Source of the DNA: an uncultured Bdellovibrio sp.
Lineage (GTDB): Bacteria > Bdellovibrionota > Bdellovibrionia > Bdellovibrionales > Bdellovibrionaceae
Length of the DNA stretch: 64,000 nucleotides
Reading direction: 5' to 3'
NCBI GenBank assembly: GCA_963932905.1
Contig: CAWVRN010000004.1
Span: forward strand, 1-64,000
Position numbers and translations under genes: made by a program. This document shows, one piece after another, positions 18,838-29,826 of this stretch. The notes beneath the pieces are model-generated. The model did no database searches. It had not been told where the DNA came from and saw only the letters and a program-made list of their open reading frames with translations. Each line of letters starts with the position of its first letter. The first letter of the stretch is position 1.

Positions 18838-20862
18838 CTAATTAGCCTTAGCGCCGTAGAACTTTTGACAACTGATTTTTGTTTGAATTTTTTGGCGGAA
18901 TTTCAAAACTTCCATCGCCATAGCGCGGTCTCTTGCAGAAACAAACTTGTTTCGCTTTAGAACTTCTATATGAATCGCTTTTTCCGGTCCAGACCAAGTA
19001 TCCCAAAGGTACTTCATCGCGCCACGGAAAGCTTTTGTCACCTTACGGCTCATGGAAATAATAATTTGCTCTTGGTTAGATTCACCCGCATTGCTGAAGT
19101 TGATACTAGAACCCGCATTAGATATCCCCATTTCAGGGATTGCCATACCTTTATAATGCAGTTTCACCTGATTTTCTATCGATTTACCGTCCCATTTAAA
19201 TGCTTGAGGTTTGAACCAATCAGGGCTGATGCGAATTTCACTACGCCATTGAGCCCATTCTTGATCCGTCATCAAATCACGAATTTCTTTTACGATAGGA
19301 TCCTGCAAGTCTTCTACAAACAACTTTACTTTTTTATCACTCGGATCTGTGGGTTCAAATTTCTCTGGATCGCTCAACTTTTCATCACCTGGTATGTGGA
19401 ATGGATCATTTGGATCAAACTCCACCAATCGGTACCCCGATAGTCTTAACGGCACACTAAATCCACGCATCGCAAACTGAGCGTCGCCAATAATAGGGAA
19501 CAAACCTTTCAGCGATTTTCCCGCCAAACGACGACGTTTAATCTCGCGAACAACAGCGTCTTTAGCATCAAGTCCCAATTCATACGATGACATTGAAAAT
19601 ACAGCGCCGGCTAGAGGACCCTTCGCTACTTTGAAGAACAAAGAATAAATATCGCGATTTATATCACCCAAGCCACCATTCGGAGAAAAAACAAGTAATA
19701 CTTTTTCATTATCACGAATCTTAGCCTGTGGCTTTCCATTAAGCATATAAGCGCCACCAATTGGGAAACCGGCTTGACCACGTAATTTGTAAATTACATT
19801 CTTTTTAATTTCAGATGCCACAATTACAGCAGCATACTTGCCATCAACCAGGGTAATGTGATTCGGGTTTGGCTTTGAATAATCAGGACGTAGTTCTTGA
19901 GGTACGGCTTTTAAGTCACCCTCAGGTCCATTGCATGACTGGGTCGCGTTGCCAGATCCAAACATCGCAAATGATTTTCCTCGTTTCTTAATACCAGCGA
20001 TTAATTTTTGATGATTTAATCCTACAGAATCCACAAGTTCGATGAATACCCCAGCATCAATCATCTTCTGAACAACTTCGCGTGCTGCCGCTTTTTCAGT
20101 AAAGACACCCTTATCGATGCCACCAATAATTTCAACGCCGCGATCTTTAGCCGCAATCAGTGAATCAGCCAATTCAACCATATCAAAATCGTAAAAATTG
20201 AAAAATAAACGATCGCCTTTAGACATCGAATTGACTAAATCGACCATGAGTTTTCGTTGATCGTCGGCTGGAATAACTCTGGAATTTTCATCATCCGGAT
20301 CTTCATAACGAGGATGATTTGATGTGAATTTTTCTTCCGTGAAAGTATAATCCAATTTTTCGTCTCTGATTAGTAACGGCTGCGAAATGGAAATATTTGA
20401 ATTTAATTTCTTTACTAACTCGCTATCACTAAGCACCCTTTGAAGGATCGAGTTAAACATCGCCTCATCCAGCGCCTTTTCAAAATGTGGTCTCGGGCGA
20501 CGGACTACCCGTGGCGGTGGCGTACTGTTGGGGTTATCCCCTAAATACTGTTCAACGTCTTTCCAATTATCTTTAAGTTGCGACAATATAAAGATAATCT
20601 TAGTTTGAGACAGTAGCGGAGCAGTAGATTGTGATTTCGTTTTAAAGGCCTGATTCACAAACGAATAAAGAGGTTTATCCTTCATCACACGAAGAGATAA
20701 ATCCAATAAGTACTCAAGCTCTACGGGATTAGTCGTAATCTCCATGCTGGGACGAAAGACTTCGGCATGCTCCTGCCGAAGGTCGTCAGCGTGGGCCATG
20801 AAAACGCAAGACAGCTGTACAATAACAAGACAGATTAGCGTCGTAAGTGCTTTTAAAGTCAT
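18838..20862 (-). CDS. Secreted phospholipase D/nuclease superfamily protein
   Basis: Signal peptide; two HxK-type motifs (NHQK..GSGNAT and LHYK..GSSINFS). Confidence 0.75.
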   Translation of the reverse strand: MTLKALTTLICLVIVQLSCVFMAHADDLRQEHAEVFRPSMEITTNPVELEYLLDLSLRVMKDKPLYSFVNQAFKTKSQSTAPLLSQTKIIFILSQLKDNWKDVEQYLGDNPNSTPPPRVVRRPRPHFEKALDEAMFNSILQRVLSDSELVKKLNSNISISQPLLIRDEKLDYTFTEEKFTSNHPRYEDPDDENSRVIPADDQRKLMVDLVNSMSKGDRLFFNFYDFDMVELADSLIAAKDRGVEIIGGIDKGVFTEKAAAREVVQKMIDAGVFIELVDSVGLNHQKLIAGIKKRGKSFAMFGSGNATQSCNGPEGDLKAVPQELRPDYSKPNPNHITLVDGKYAAVIVASEIKKNVIYKLRGQAGFPIGGAYMLNGKPQAKIRDNEKVLLVFSPNGGLGDINRDIYSLFFKVAKGPLAGAVFSMSSYELGLDAKDAVVREIKRRRLAGKSLKGLFPIIGDAQFAMRGFSVPLRLSGYRLVEFDPNDPFHIPGDEKLSDPEKFEPTDPSDKKVKLFVEDLQDPIVKEIRDLMTDQEWAQWRSEIRISPDWFKPQAFKWDGKSIENQVKLHYKGMAIPEMGISNAGSSINFSNAGESNQEQIIISMSRKVTKAFRGAMKYLWDTWSGPEKAIHIEVLKRNKFVSARDRAMAMEVLKFRQKIQTKISCQKFYGAKAN

Positions 20863-20898
20863 GGCTCTACCTTCCCTAATTTCTAATATATTAAAGAA

Positions 20899-20914
20899 AG
20901 CAATAGGTAAGCCA
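20899..20914 (-). promoter_or_regulatory. Putative sigma54 promoter of the PLD-like gene
   Basis: Minus strand TGGCTT-ACCTA-TTGCT. Confidence 0.6.
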
Positions 20915-20979
20915 TTGGCTTAACAGAGATGAACTTTACTTGGACCCAAATGCATCGGGTTAGTTTTGATAAATTCTAG

Positions 20980-21621
20980 TTACACTTCGATGTTCTTAAA
21001 GCTATCGCTTTTATCATCATACTCAAGAAGCTGACCTTGCTCTAAATCAAAGTAAATTCCCATCAACGCCAGATCACGTTCTTTGATTGCGTCTTCAACG
21101 AATGGAAATGTTCTTAAGTTTTGGATTGATGTCACGATGGATTCTAGTTCTCCATGCCGGCACAGATTATCTTCTGATTCATTACCGTACTTTTCAAACA
21201 CGCGCTGTTTAGCACCTTTTGCGATGCCTACCCAGTTATCCACGAAACTGTTCGAAGCCATATCCTGGTCATTCAGCATCAACGCTCGAATACCTCCGCA
21301 CTGGCGATGACCAAGAACAATGACGTTTTCTACTTTCAAATTTACAACGGCAAATTCGATGGCAGCTGAAACCCCATGGACCCCGCCGCGTTCATACGGA
21401 GGAACCAAGTTCGCAACATTTCGAACGATAAATAATTCACCTGGCAATGCCGACGTGATAATGGCCGGATCAACTCGTGAATCACTGCAACCAATGATTA
21501 AAGTTTTTGGAGTTTGCCCGGCACCGGAAAGACGCTGATACAAGGGATGTTCATTAGCGAAATACTTTTCGCGGAACCGTCTGAAACCAGCCATTAAACG
21601 AAGAATTTCTTTTTTGCTCAT
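20980..21621 (-). CDS. Beta-class carbonic anhydrase (cytoplasmic)
   Basis: CSDSRV, GELFIVRNVAN, GHRQCGG. Confidence 0.95.
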   Translation of the reverse strand: MSKKEILRLMAGFRRFREKYFANEHPLYQRLSGAGQTPKTLIIGCSDSRVDPAIITSALPGELFIVRNVANLVPPYERGGVHGVSAAIEFAVVNLKVENVIVLGHRQCGGIRALMLNDQDMASNSFVDNWVGIAKGAKQRVFEKYGNESEDNLCRHGELESIVTSIQNLRTFPFVEDAIKERDLALMGIYFDLEQGQLLEYDDKSDSFKNIEV

Positions 21622-21773
21622 GATTCACAGTCTTAACCCAGAATTCAGGCAAATAGAACCGATATTTCAATCCGCATTTAACTCCAAATCGAATAAAATA
21701 CGGCTTGGAAGCTATAGCGCCAGCTGCACGTATCAAAAATATAGCTGGTGTACATAAAACTAAAATAACTGAC

Positions 21774-22430
21774 TTAAGCGTGCAGTTTAAATAACTGACG
21801 TACGCGTCGGATCTGATGAGCGATGTCTTCTAGATCTTGATGGAAATTTTCAATACGGTGAAACGCTTGCTTTAATTCCATTTCTTTTTTGTTTTCTTTA
21901 CGTACAAAAGATTTCAAGTTTTTCATCGCAGCACGAGCACCTTCGATCGAAAAACGATCGCGATGCAAAAGTTTTCTAATCAAGAATGCATTCTCTACAT
22001 CTTTTTTTGTGTACAGACGTTGATTGTTGCCAGCTTTCTTAGGTTTTAAAATATCAAATTCACTTTCCCAGTAGCGCAAAACATATTGCTTTACCGCCAG
22101 CATATCCGCAACATCACCGATTTTAAATCCCATTTTATCTGGAATACTTTGAATTTCGCTCAGTAATTGATCGTCGCACAAAGCCGCTGGCAATGATAAT
22201 GGTTCTGATTCTGTCAGTGGTTTTTGAACTGTATCGATGGGCTCCTCCTCAACCGGTGGAGCCATATTGAATTCAACAAAGGCTTCTGGATTTTTTTTAT
22301 CGAAACGAAAAAAATCCATTTGTTCTTCGTGGGATCGTGTATCGACAGGAACATCAGGCAAAGCCCCTTGTGGGTTCGTTGCCGAAATCAATGCTCCTTC
22401 TTTATTATCATTCTCCGTCGTCATCATCAT
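21774..22430 (-). CDS. MerR-family HTH regulator
   Basis: FKIGDVA..L.VK.YVLRYWESEF..LKP.K...NQRLY; conserved position after ihfA. Confidence 0.9.
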   Translation of the reverse strand: MMMTTENDNKEGALISATNPQGALPDVPVDTRSHEEQMDFFRFDKKNPEAFVEFNMAPPVEEEPIDTVQKPLTESEPLSLPAALCDDQLLSEIQSIPDKMGFKIGDVADMLAVKQYVLRYWESEFDILKPKKAGNNQRLYTKKDVENAFLIRKLLHRDRFSIEGARAAMKNLKSFVRKENKKEMELKQAFHRIENFHQDLEDIAHQIRRVRQLFKLHA

Positions 22431-22755
22431 CTTTCAAGTTAGTGTAGTCTTCACCGTTTAACATCGCTCTTAAAACTTGTGACGGCTTGAATGTTAATTT
22501 CTTACGAGCCGAAATCATAATCTGATCCCCAGTCTGAGGATTACGTCCAACACGCTCGTGCTTTTGAGTCACTACGAAGTTACCGAAACCAGAGATCTTG
22601 ATTTTTTCGCCGGTGTGTAATTCGTTTTTGATGGTGTCAAAAACCAATTCTACTAAATCACTGGCTTCCTTCTTAGAGAACCCGATTTTGTCGTAAACTT
22701 TTTCAACGATATCGGCTTTCGTCATCGTTGATTTCCAAACGTTTTGTCCTGCCAT
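22408..22755 (-). CDS. ihfA: Integration host factor subunit alpha
   Basis: MTKADIVE, KISGFGNF, GRNPQTG, FKPS; follows pheT. Confidence 0.9.
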   Translation of the reverse strand: MAGQNVWKSTMTKADIVEKVYDKIGFSKKEASDLVELVFDTIKNELHTGEKIKISGFGNFVVTQKHERVGRNPQTGDQIMISARKKLTFKPSQVLRAMLNGEDYTNLKDDDDDGE

Positions 22756-22864
22756 ATGTGACCTCAATGCTATTTAAAGACCTATTCAGTCTCAAATACT
22801 TATTAAACAAAATCAAGAGCTTAGAAGATCGATTCCACGAATTTACGCAAGCTGTCTATTTTAC

Positions 22865-22894
22865 AAAAGGGCCCCTGACTGGATCAGGGTCCTT
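22865..22894 (-). terminator. Terminator-like hairpin after pheT
   Basis: AAGGACCCTGA-TCCAG-TCAGGGGCCCTTTT on the minus strand. Confidence 0.55.
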
Positions 22895-22930
22895 AGTTTT
22901 CTGAGTTAAAGAATTTTGTCTGAAGGCAAA

Positions 22931-25390
22931 TTACGAACGGATCGTGATACCAAGTTCATCATTCAGTGATTTTAAAATTTGATCTTGAAATCCTTGAACC
23001 GTTGTATCGGCAAGGGCTGCATTCGGATCTTGGTAACGAATGCGTAAAGCAATGCTCTTTTGTCCGACCGGCAGCTTGTCGCCTTCGTACACGTCAAACA
23101 CTTCAAGGTCGAACAGGTTACCACCCACTACTTTGCGCACTGTTTTTAACACATCCCCTACCGATTGTGATTTCTTCATCACAAAGGCAAGGTCGCGATC
23201 TACTACAGGGAAGCGAGAGATATCTTTGATACGAATCGGACGCGCCGTTTGAGGCAAGAACGCTTCTAAATCAAGCTCCGCCACACACATAGGTTCACGA
23301 ATTTTCTCGTTTTCCAAAACTAATGGGCTTAATGACGAAATAAATCCACATTTCTTACCTTCAACCACCAAGACCGCAGTTTGGTAGGGATGAAAGCACG
23401 TAGGAATCGCCGTCAACTTATCGATTTTTTGCTCCCACATATAAGCTTTGATCCCGAATGACTTAGCTAACACTTGTATCGCTTCTTTAACGTGGAAAAT
23501 GATAGGCGCTGTACCTGGCACGTTCCAGTTTGTGTGATCTTGCCCCCAAATAACTAAACCCAAGCTGCTTTTCTCAACGATGCCGCCTTGAGGATTTTTG
23601 CTAAATGTCTTTCCAACTTCAAACAACGACCCACTGTTGTTGCCATATTTAATATTGTTGATCGCATTTTGTACTAAACCAAACGACAACGTCGATCGCA
23701 TCATATTTAAATCTTCGCTTAAAGGATTTCTTAAACCTACGCGATCGTTTGAGGCACGTAAGCCGAGTGAGTTTAATTTTTCAATGTCACCAAAGAACGT
23801 ATCTTCTGCTTTTTTACCTACGAATGAATAGTTGAACGCTTCATCAAAACCAACCCCATTCAACACTTGAGTGATATGAACCGTCTGTTGGTATTTCGGA
23901 TCGTGAGGTACAGGGCGTGACGGCAAGTTCGGCATCGCTTCAGGAATTAAATCATACCCTTGCAGACGGGCATATTCTTCCACCAAATCCATTTCGTGTT
24001 CCATATCGAAACGAAAAGTCGGTGGTGTAATTTTATAATTGTTTTCTTTGATTTTCTCAACTTTGCAGCCCAAGCGAGTCATCCAGTTTTCAAAAATCGG
24101 CGCTGTAGCTTCATAGCCCATACGATCCGAGATAGTTTCGATCGCAATAGAAATAGGTTCGCGACGAATTGGGTTGGGATACACATCGTAATTATCACCA
24201 TACACTTCACCTTCGGCGACCTGGCGAATTAAATCGGCCGCACGTTTAAGCGCAAACAAAGTTAATTCTGGATCAACCCCACGCGCAAAGCGGTAACCTG
24301 ATTCGGTTTCTACACCGAGCGTACGTGATGATTTACGAACAGAATGAGAAATGAAATACGCGGATTCTAAAAAGATATTTTTAGTAGAATCTTTCACACC
24401 AGAATTTTTCCCACCAATTAAACCAGCTAAGCACATGGTTTCGTTCTTACCGTTTTTAATCGATAATTCTTCGCCGCTTAATTTTAATTCTGTTCCGTCT
24501 AGAGTTATGAACTGTGCGCCCTTTTCTGGGTGACCCACGATCAATTTTTTATCTAGAATTTCATCCGCATCAAACGCGTGCAGAGGCTGACCCAATTCTT
24601 GAAGAATATAGTTCGTGATATCCACAACGTTGTTGATTGAATTTATACCCACTGATTCTAAACGTTTTACCAACCAGTCCGGTGATTTTTGAATTTTTAC
24701 ATTGGCAATGTATGTTCCTGTGTAGCGAGGCGCTAATGCAGAATCTTCTACCACTAAAGAAATTTCTTTCTTCGTCGATTTGTCTTTTTTCACATGACTG
24801 TCGTCGATTTTGATTTCTTTCAACGGACGTGACAACAAGCAGGCTAACTCACGCGCTAAACCAAAGTGGCTCAGTACATCGGCGCGATTAGGGGTTACTT
24901 TGATTTCAAAAACTACATCATCGTAGCCATAGTATTCCGCAAAGTCTTTACCCACGGGAGCGGCCTCTGGAAGAATTAATAATCCTTCCGCATCACCCGC
25001 AAGCCCGAGTTCTTTTAATGAACACAACATACCGTACGACTCTACCGAACGAATCACTGATTTTTGAATTGCAAAGTTTCCAGGCAATACAGCGCCTGGC
25101 AGAGCGACAACGACACGGTCACCCGCTTTGTGATTTTTAGCTCCGCATACGATTTGGTGAACAACCCCATTGCCTGTAGTTACACGGCAAAGCGATAATT
25201 TATCGGCGTTTGGATGCTTATCTTTTTCCAAGATCAAACCCACAACTACGTGCTCGAAATTCTTAGCTTTGTTTTCAATACCTTCGATTTCCAAACCCGC
25301 TTTTGTCAGGATTTCTGCCAATGGTTCTGGTTTTTTAATATAATCATCAATTGCGATCAGTTCATTTAGCCATTTTAACGAAATTTTCAT
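22931..25390 (-). CDS. pheT: Phenylalanine--tRNA ligase beta subunit
   Basis: HPNADKL, IVCGA.N, TPNRAD, NNVVDITNY, RFARGVD, SRFP...RDLA. Confidence 0.98.
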   Translation of the reverse strand: MKISLKWLNELIAIDDYIKKPEPLAEILTKAGLEIEGIENKAKNFEHVVVGLILEKDKHPNADKLSLCRVTTGNGVVHQIVCGAKNHKAGDRVVVALPGAVLPGNFAIQKSVIRSVESYGMLCSLKELGLAGDAEGLLILPEAAPVGKDFAEYYGYDDVVFEIKVTPNRADVLSHFGLARELACLLSRPLKEIKIDDSHVKKDKSTKKEISLVVEDSALAPRYTGTYIANVKIQKSPDWLVKRLESVGINSINNVVDITNYILQELGQPLHAFDADEILDKKLIVGHPEKGAQFITLDGTELKLSGEELSIKNGKNETMCLAGLIGGKNSGVKDSTKNIFLESAYFISHSVRKSSRTLGVETESGYRFARGVDPELTLFALKRAADLIRQVAEGEVYGDNYDVYPNPIRREPISIAIETISDRMGYEATAPIFENWMTRLGCKVEKIKENNYKITPPTFRFDMEHEMDLVEEYARLQGYDLIPEAMPNLPSRPVPHDPKYQQTVHITQVLNGVGFDEAFNYSFVGKKAEDTFFGDIEKLNSLGLRASNDRVGLRNPLSEDLNMMRSTLSFGLVQNAINNIKYGNNSGSLFEVGKTFSKNPQGGIVEKSSLGLVIWGQDHTNWNVPGTAPIIFHVKEAIQVLAKSFGIKAYMWEQKIDKLTAIPTCFHPYQTAVLVVEGKKCGFISSLSPLVLENEKIREPMCVAELDLEAFLPQTARPIRIKDISRFPVVDRDLAFVMKKSQSVGDVLKTVRKVVGGNLFDLEVFDVYEGDKLPVGQKSIALRIRYQDPNAALADTTVQGFQDQILKSLNDELGITIRS

Positions 25391-25404
25391 AAGGTCACAC
25401 CACT

Positions 25405-26427
25405 CTAGAATTGTTTCAGGAAGCTTAAATTATTTTCAGGTAGCAAGCGAATATCAGGGATGCCGTATTTAATAATGGCCATACGCTCAAGACCAAAACC
25501 AAACGCAAAACCAGTCCACTCTGGGTATTTAACTTTTGCCGCCAACAACACTTTCGGATTCATTAAACCGGCACCACCGATTTCAATCCAGCCCGTGCTT
25601 TTACACAGACTACAGCCTTTGCCTTTGCAAATTGGGCACTGGCAATCCACTTCGGCTGATGGTTCCGTGAAAGGGAAATAACTGGGACGGAAACGAGTTT
25701 TTAAATCTGACCCGAAAAATTCTTTTACGAAATATGTGATCGTGCCTTTTAAATCGGCCATCGAAATTTTGCGATCCACGCACATGCCTTCGATTTGATG
25801 GAAGTTAGGCAAATGGGAAATATCACTGTCGACGCGGAAAACAGGACCTGTACCGATAATTCGTAACGGCAATGATTCTGATTCTAGACTGCGAATTTGA
25901 ATAGGGCTTGTATGGGTTCTTAAAACGTGCGTCTCATCAACGAAAAACGTATCTTGCATATCGCGAGCCGGGTGATTCTTAGGAATATTTAGGGCTTCGA
26001 AATTGTAATAATCACTCTCTATCGATGGGCCCAACCGTAGCGAATATCCCACACGTGATAAAATTTGCACGACTTCATCACGAACACGATGAACCGGGTG
26101 AGGACTGCCGCGCTGACTTTTTGGTGGCGGCAAGGTTAAGTCCAGTTGCTCGGTACGCATTTTTTCATCCAGTTCTTTTAGCTTTAGGCCTTCGAACATG
26201 TCTGTGTATTTAGCTTCTAGTTCTTGTTTAACAACGTTTATACGGCGGCCGAACTCTTTTTTATCGTCTACAGAGAGCTTGGCCATCTCTTTCATGAGCT
26301 CGGTGACTAGGCCACTTTTGCCCAGATAATTAACTTTGAATTGGTAAAGCTCCTCGCGGTTTTTAGCAGCTCCAAATTCATCAATTGCTTTTTTATGAAT
26401 CCCGTCTAACTTTTCGTAAATAATCAT
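25405..26427 (-). CDS. pheS: Phenylalanine--tRNA ligase alpha subunit
   Basis: [45 protein letters not shown]; start placed at ATG 26427. Confidence 0.97.
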   Translation of the reverse strand: MIIYEKLDGIHKKAIDEFGAAKNREELYQFKVNYLGKSGLVTELMKEMAKLSVDDKKEFGRRINVVKQELEAKYTDMFEGLKLKELDEKMRTEQLDLTLPPPKSQRGSPHPVHRVRDEVVQILSRVGYSLRLGPSIESDYYNFEALNIPKNHPARDMQDTFFVDETHVLRTHTSPIQIRSLESESLPLRIIGTGPVFRVDSDISHLPNFHQIEGMCVDRKISMADLKGTITYFVKEFFGSDLKTRFRPSYFPFTEPSAEVDCQCPICKGKGCSLCKSTGWIEIGGAGLMNPKVLLAAKVKYPEWTGFAFGFGLERMAIIKYGIPDIRLLPENNLSFLKQF

Positions 26428-26523
26428 ATTTTCAAAATATGCCCGGCCCAGGTTTAGACCGCAAGGTTTTTGAACTCCCGTTTGACTCAGAGCCAAATTC
26501 CACCTAGGATCTGTGCTTAAATT

Positions 26524-27354
26524 ATGGCGCATAAAAACAAATCCAACTACTCAGCTTACAAGGAACGTCAGACTACCAAGTCTCACCCCGCAGCTGCCTC
26601 AAAAACCACCAGTTCTGACGCCCCCAAAAAATTAATGGGAAAACACAAAAAACCTCAAGAGATCTATTCTCTGGAGGAGGCGAATGACCGGCTGTACGAC
26701 GTCTTTCGCAATCACGATTTCAACCTGGTTTCCCATGAAGAACGAAAACAATTTGCTCATTTTTACCGTTTATTAATGGAAAACCAAAAAGGCGAGAATT
26801 TCACTCGACTTTTGACTCTAAAAGATGTGGCAATTAAACACTTTATTGATAGCTTAATTTTTTTAGAATTTTTCAAACCTCAATTCCCCATGTTAGATTT
26901 AGGCACCGGCCCGGGTTTCCCTGGCATTCCGCTAAAAATCATGTACCCAAAAGAAAAAATCTTATTAGGCGAAGGCGTTCAACGCCGAGTGAATTTTCTA
27001 AAAACTGTGCGTGAAGAGATGAAACTAGAAAATCTAGAGATCATCGGTCGCAATATTGATCCTGAATTTGTATACCCCGTAAAATCGGTGATCACGCGCG
27101 CAGTGGAAGACATTGGTAACACTATGAAAAACACGATCAACTGCCTACTGGATGGCGGTCATTTAATTTTCATGAAAGGCCCTAACGCTGACCCAGAGCT
27201 AAAACTAGCCGAAGCTTACAGCGAATTTTATGTACTAGAAAATGATTTTAAATACTCGATTCCAAAGACACCACACGAACGTCGTTTGATCGTTTATCGT
27301 AAAATCAAGTCACCGCCACTGGAAGACTTCGAGGATCTAGACGATGACGAATAG
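26524..27354 (+). CDS. rsmG: 16S rRNA m7G527 methyltransferase
   Basis: [27 protein letters not shown]. Confidence 0.9.
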   Translation: MAHKNKSNYSAYKERQTTKSHPAAASKTTSSDAPKKLMGKHKKPQEIYSLEEANDRLYDVFRNHDFNLVSHEERKQFAHFYRLLMENQKGENFTRLLTLKDVAIKHFIDSLIFLEFFKPQFPMLDLGTGPGFPGIPLKIMYPKEKILLGEGVQRRVNFLKTVREEMKLENLEIIGRNIDPEFVYPVKSVITRAVEDIGNTMKNTINCLLDGGHLIFMKGPNADPELKLAEAYSEFYVLENDFKYSIPKTPHERRLIVYRKIKSPPLEDFEDLDDDE

Positions 27355-28141
27355 CGAGAGTCCATTTTTCATTTCGTCCGCGCAAAACGCCAAGTTCAAA
27401 ACTTGGGAATCATTGCTATCGAACAAAGGCCGCAAAAAAGAAGGGTTGTTTTTACTGTCAGGCGAGAAAATTCTGAATGACTTCGTGTCCGAAAAAGCAG
27501 CAATGCGTTTTCCTATTAAGTCGATTTTGGTACCGAAAAAATTTAATGGCGATAAATTATCTGCGCTTAAAAAAAAATGGAATCTGGATACCGCAAACCT
27601 GTATTTCACTCTGGATTCTTTGTTATTTAAAGAACTCGATACAGCCGGAACTGACTTCCCCATTTTTGTTTGCGAACGTCCCAAAGATGCGACAACTGAT
27701 CAATTAAAAACTCCGATCGGTTTAGAATTGGTTCTGCCGCTAACAGATCCCGCAAACATGGGCGCATTATGTCGAACAGCCTTGTCATTCAACGTAAACA
27801 CAGTGATTTTAACTCCGGGCGCGTGCGATCCTTACCACCCAAAAGCATTACGAGCGTCTAGCGGTGGCACCTTAAAACTGAATTTCATTCATCTCTCCAC
27901 GAATGATCTAGCGATGAATGAGCATGATTTCGGCTTGGATTTAGACGGTGAAAATATCTATAAATTAGAATGGCCGAAAAACTTACGGATGTGGCTGGGC
28001 GAAGAAGGCCAAGGTCTGAAGAACTCATTCTTGAGCAAGAATAAAATCTATATCCCCATCAACGGAATGGAATCGCTGAATGCCACCGTTGCCGGTAGCA
28101 TCGCGATTTTTTCTTACTCACAACGATTTCACAAAATCTAA
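27344..28141 (+). CDS. TrmH/SpoU-family RNA methyltransferase
   Basis: DPANMGAL.R, K.LRAS.G, GEEG.G, ESLNA. Confidence 0.9.
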   Translation: MTNSESPFFISSAQNAKFKTWESLLSNKGRKKEGLFLLSGEKILNDFVSEKAAMRFPIKSILVPKKFNGDKLSALKKKWNLDTANLYFTLDSLLFKELDTAGTDFPIFVCERPKDATTDQLKTPIGLELVLPLTDPANMGALCRTALSFNVNTVILTPGACDPYHPKALRASSGGTLKLNFIHLSTNDLAMNEHDFGLDLDGENIYKLEWPKNLRMWLGEEGQGLKNSFLSKNKIYIPINGMESLNATVAGSIAIFSYSQRFHKI

Positions 28142-28702
28142 AATTTCTTGCGCGTGACCATCGGGAGATACCTTACGCATTTCTTTGATCACTTTTAAAT
28201 TTTCATCTAACACAAATGTACTGCGCTCGATACCCAAGTATTTACGGCCGTACATGTTTTTCATTTTAATCACGTCAAAGATTTTACACAGAGTTTCGTT
28301 TTCATCTGACAACAAATCGATTTTGAAACCAAATTTGCAAATGAATTTATCGTGTGATTTTGAAGAATCTTTAGATACGCCAAGAACCACTGTGTTGAGT
28401 TTATCAAAATTCGCCTTCAAATTTGAAAACTGCTGACCTTCCATTGTGCATCCCGGAGTGTCGTCTTTAGGATAGAAATAAAGAACGGTCTTGTGACCTT
28501 TTAAATCTTTTTCTGTGTAGACATTGCCCGCCGAATTCAGAACAGAAAAATGACCGATAGTCGTTCCTGTCATTGTTTCAGCAGATGCTTTCGCTGTTTT
28601 TTTAGCGGCTGGTTTTTTCGAAGCTACCTTTTTATTTACTGTTTTTTTCACAGCCGCTTTCTTGGTAACGGCTTTCTTTGTTGTTTTTGCTTTTTTAGCC
28701 AT
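28118..28702 (-). CDS. bcp: BCP-type peroxiredoxin with Lys/Ala-rich N-terminal tail
   Basis: LYFYPKDDTPGCT, GVSKD, ERSTF. Confidence 0.9.
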   Translation of the reverse strand: MAKKAKTTKKAVTKKAAVKKTVNKKVASKKPAAKKTAKASAETMTGTTIGHFSVLNSAGNVYTEKDLKGHKTVLYFYPKDDTPGCTMEGQQFSNLKANFDKLNTVVLGVSKDSSKSHDKFICKFGFKIDLLSDENETLCKIFDVIKMKNMYGRKYLGIERSTFVLDENLKVIKEMRKVSPDGHAQEILDFVKSL

Positions 28703-28722
28703 GATGATATCCTTCTCGCTAA

Positions 28723-29781
28723 TTACCGACTTGGCGGTGGCGGTAATGGTTGCGGTACGGGTTGATTTTCTTGGATTTCAATAACATCAGGCTCGACATT
28801 TTTCAGCAAGGTATTATTTGGATTTTGCTGCGTTGATTCGGAATCGTTCGGCCTTTCACTTTCGCGTGGCGGCGCCGTGACTTTCGCGGGGTCTATATAC
28901 ACAGGCTCAAACTTTTCCACTGGTTTTCTTGGATCCACAGGCGCTGGAGCCTCAGATGGTTTCTTTGCTATCTCTTCGGCTTTTTGCTTCTCTTTTTCTT
29001 TTTGCGCTGGTGTTGTCTCGTCCGCATCAGGGACCTTTTTCTTCTCAAGGACTTGTACTTTTCCTGACAGCGGTACCGAGATCATTAAGTCAGAATAGGG
29101 AAGTAAGTTTTTTAGGACCTCGCCCTTCATGACCATCATAGGGTCCTTGCCCTTTTTATAACCAATACTCGAGAAACGTACGACATTTTCGGCCCGCGTG
29201 ATACGAAACCCAGCGCAATACAGTTCCGACAGGCGAGATTCCCCTTCGATGGTCACTGCGCAATCGATCACGGGGGCTACTAGCGCGGCGGCTCCGCCTA
29301 AAATATCAGCATAATTCTGTCCTTGAAATTGAAACGCCACCCGACTTTGGCTCCAGTCGATTTTAGCTAGCAAGTCTGGATTGCGATGCTTCTGACAATA
29401 TTCAAAAACACGATATTGATACTCAGAAACTTTCTCTAACTGATATTGATCACACGTATGTTTGCTTTTTTCTGTGAGCTTACCGCCCTTCGCCTGCTGA
29501 AGCGCACGATAGACTTTCCCGAACAATGTCTTGTTAGCACTCGGACGCTCAGATCGGATCAACCAGATCATTTCACGCATCACATCGTCTAACTCTTTGA
29601 CCAGTTCCATTTTATTTTTCGAGAAAAAATCCGCTGGTTTTGGCTCGGACTTTTTAACTGTATTTTGTTGTCTCGATTTGGAACCACCCACGAGATTCTG
29701 CGCGCCATTCACAACAATGACAGAAAGGAAAATAGTCGGAGCAAATATTCTAATAAAGTGGTGGACAAAAGGCACTCGCAT
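28723..29781 (-). CDS. Hypothetical exported protein with Pro-rich C-terminal tail
   Basis: ORF with hydrophobic N-terminus from ATG 29781; the upstream ORF extension overlaps fadD and was discarded. Confidence 0.7.
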   Translation of the reverse strand: MRVPFVHHFIRIFAPTIFLSVIVVNGAQNLVGGSKSRQQNTVKKSEPKPADFFSKNKMELVKELDDVMREMIWLIRSERPSANKTLFGKVYRALQQAKGGKLTEKSKHTCDQYQLEKVSEYQYRVFEYCQKHRNPDLLAKIDWSQSRVAFQFQGQNYADILGGAAALVAPVIDCAVTIEGESRLSELYCAGFRITRAENVVRFSSIGYKKGKDPMMVMKGEVLKNLLPYSDLMISVPLSGKVQVLEKKKVPDADETTPAQKEKEKQKAEEIAKKPSEAPAPVDPRKPVEKFEPVYIDPAKVTAPPRESERPNDSESTQQNPNNTLLKNVEPDVIEIQENQPVPQPLPPPPSR

Positions 29782-29826
29782 ATTGATAGTATAACAAAGC
29801 AGACACTCAATTTTAAGGAGTTTTTT

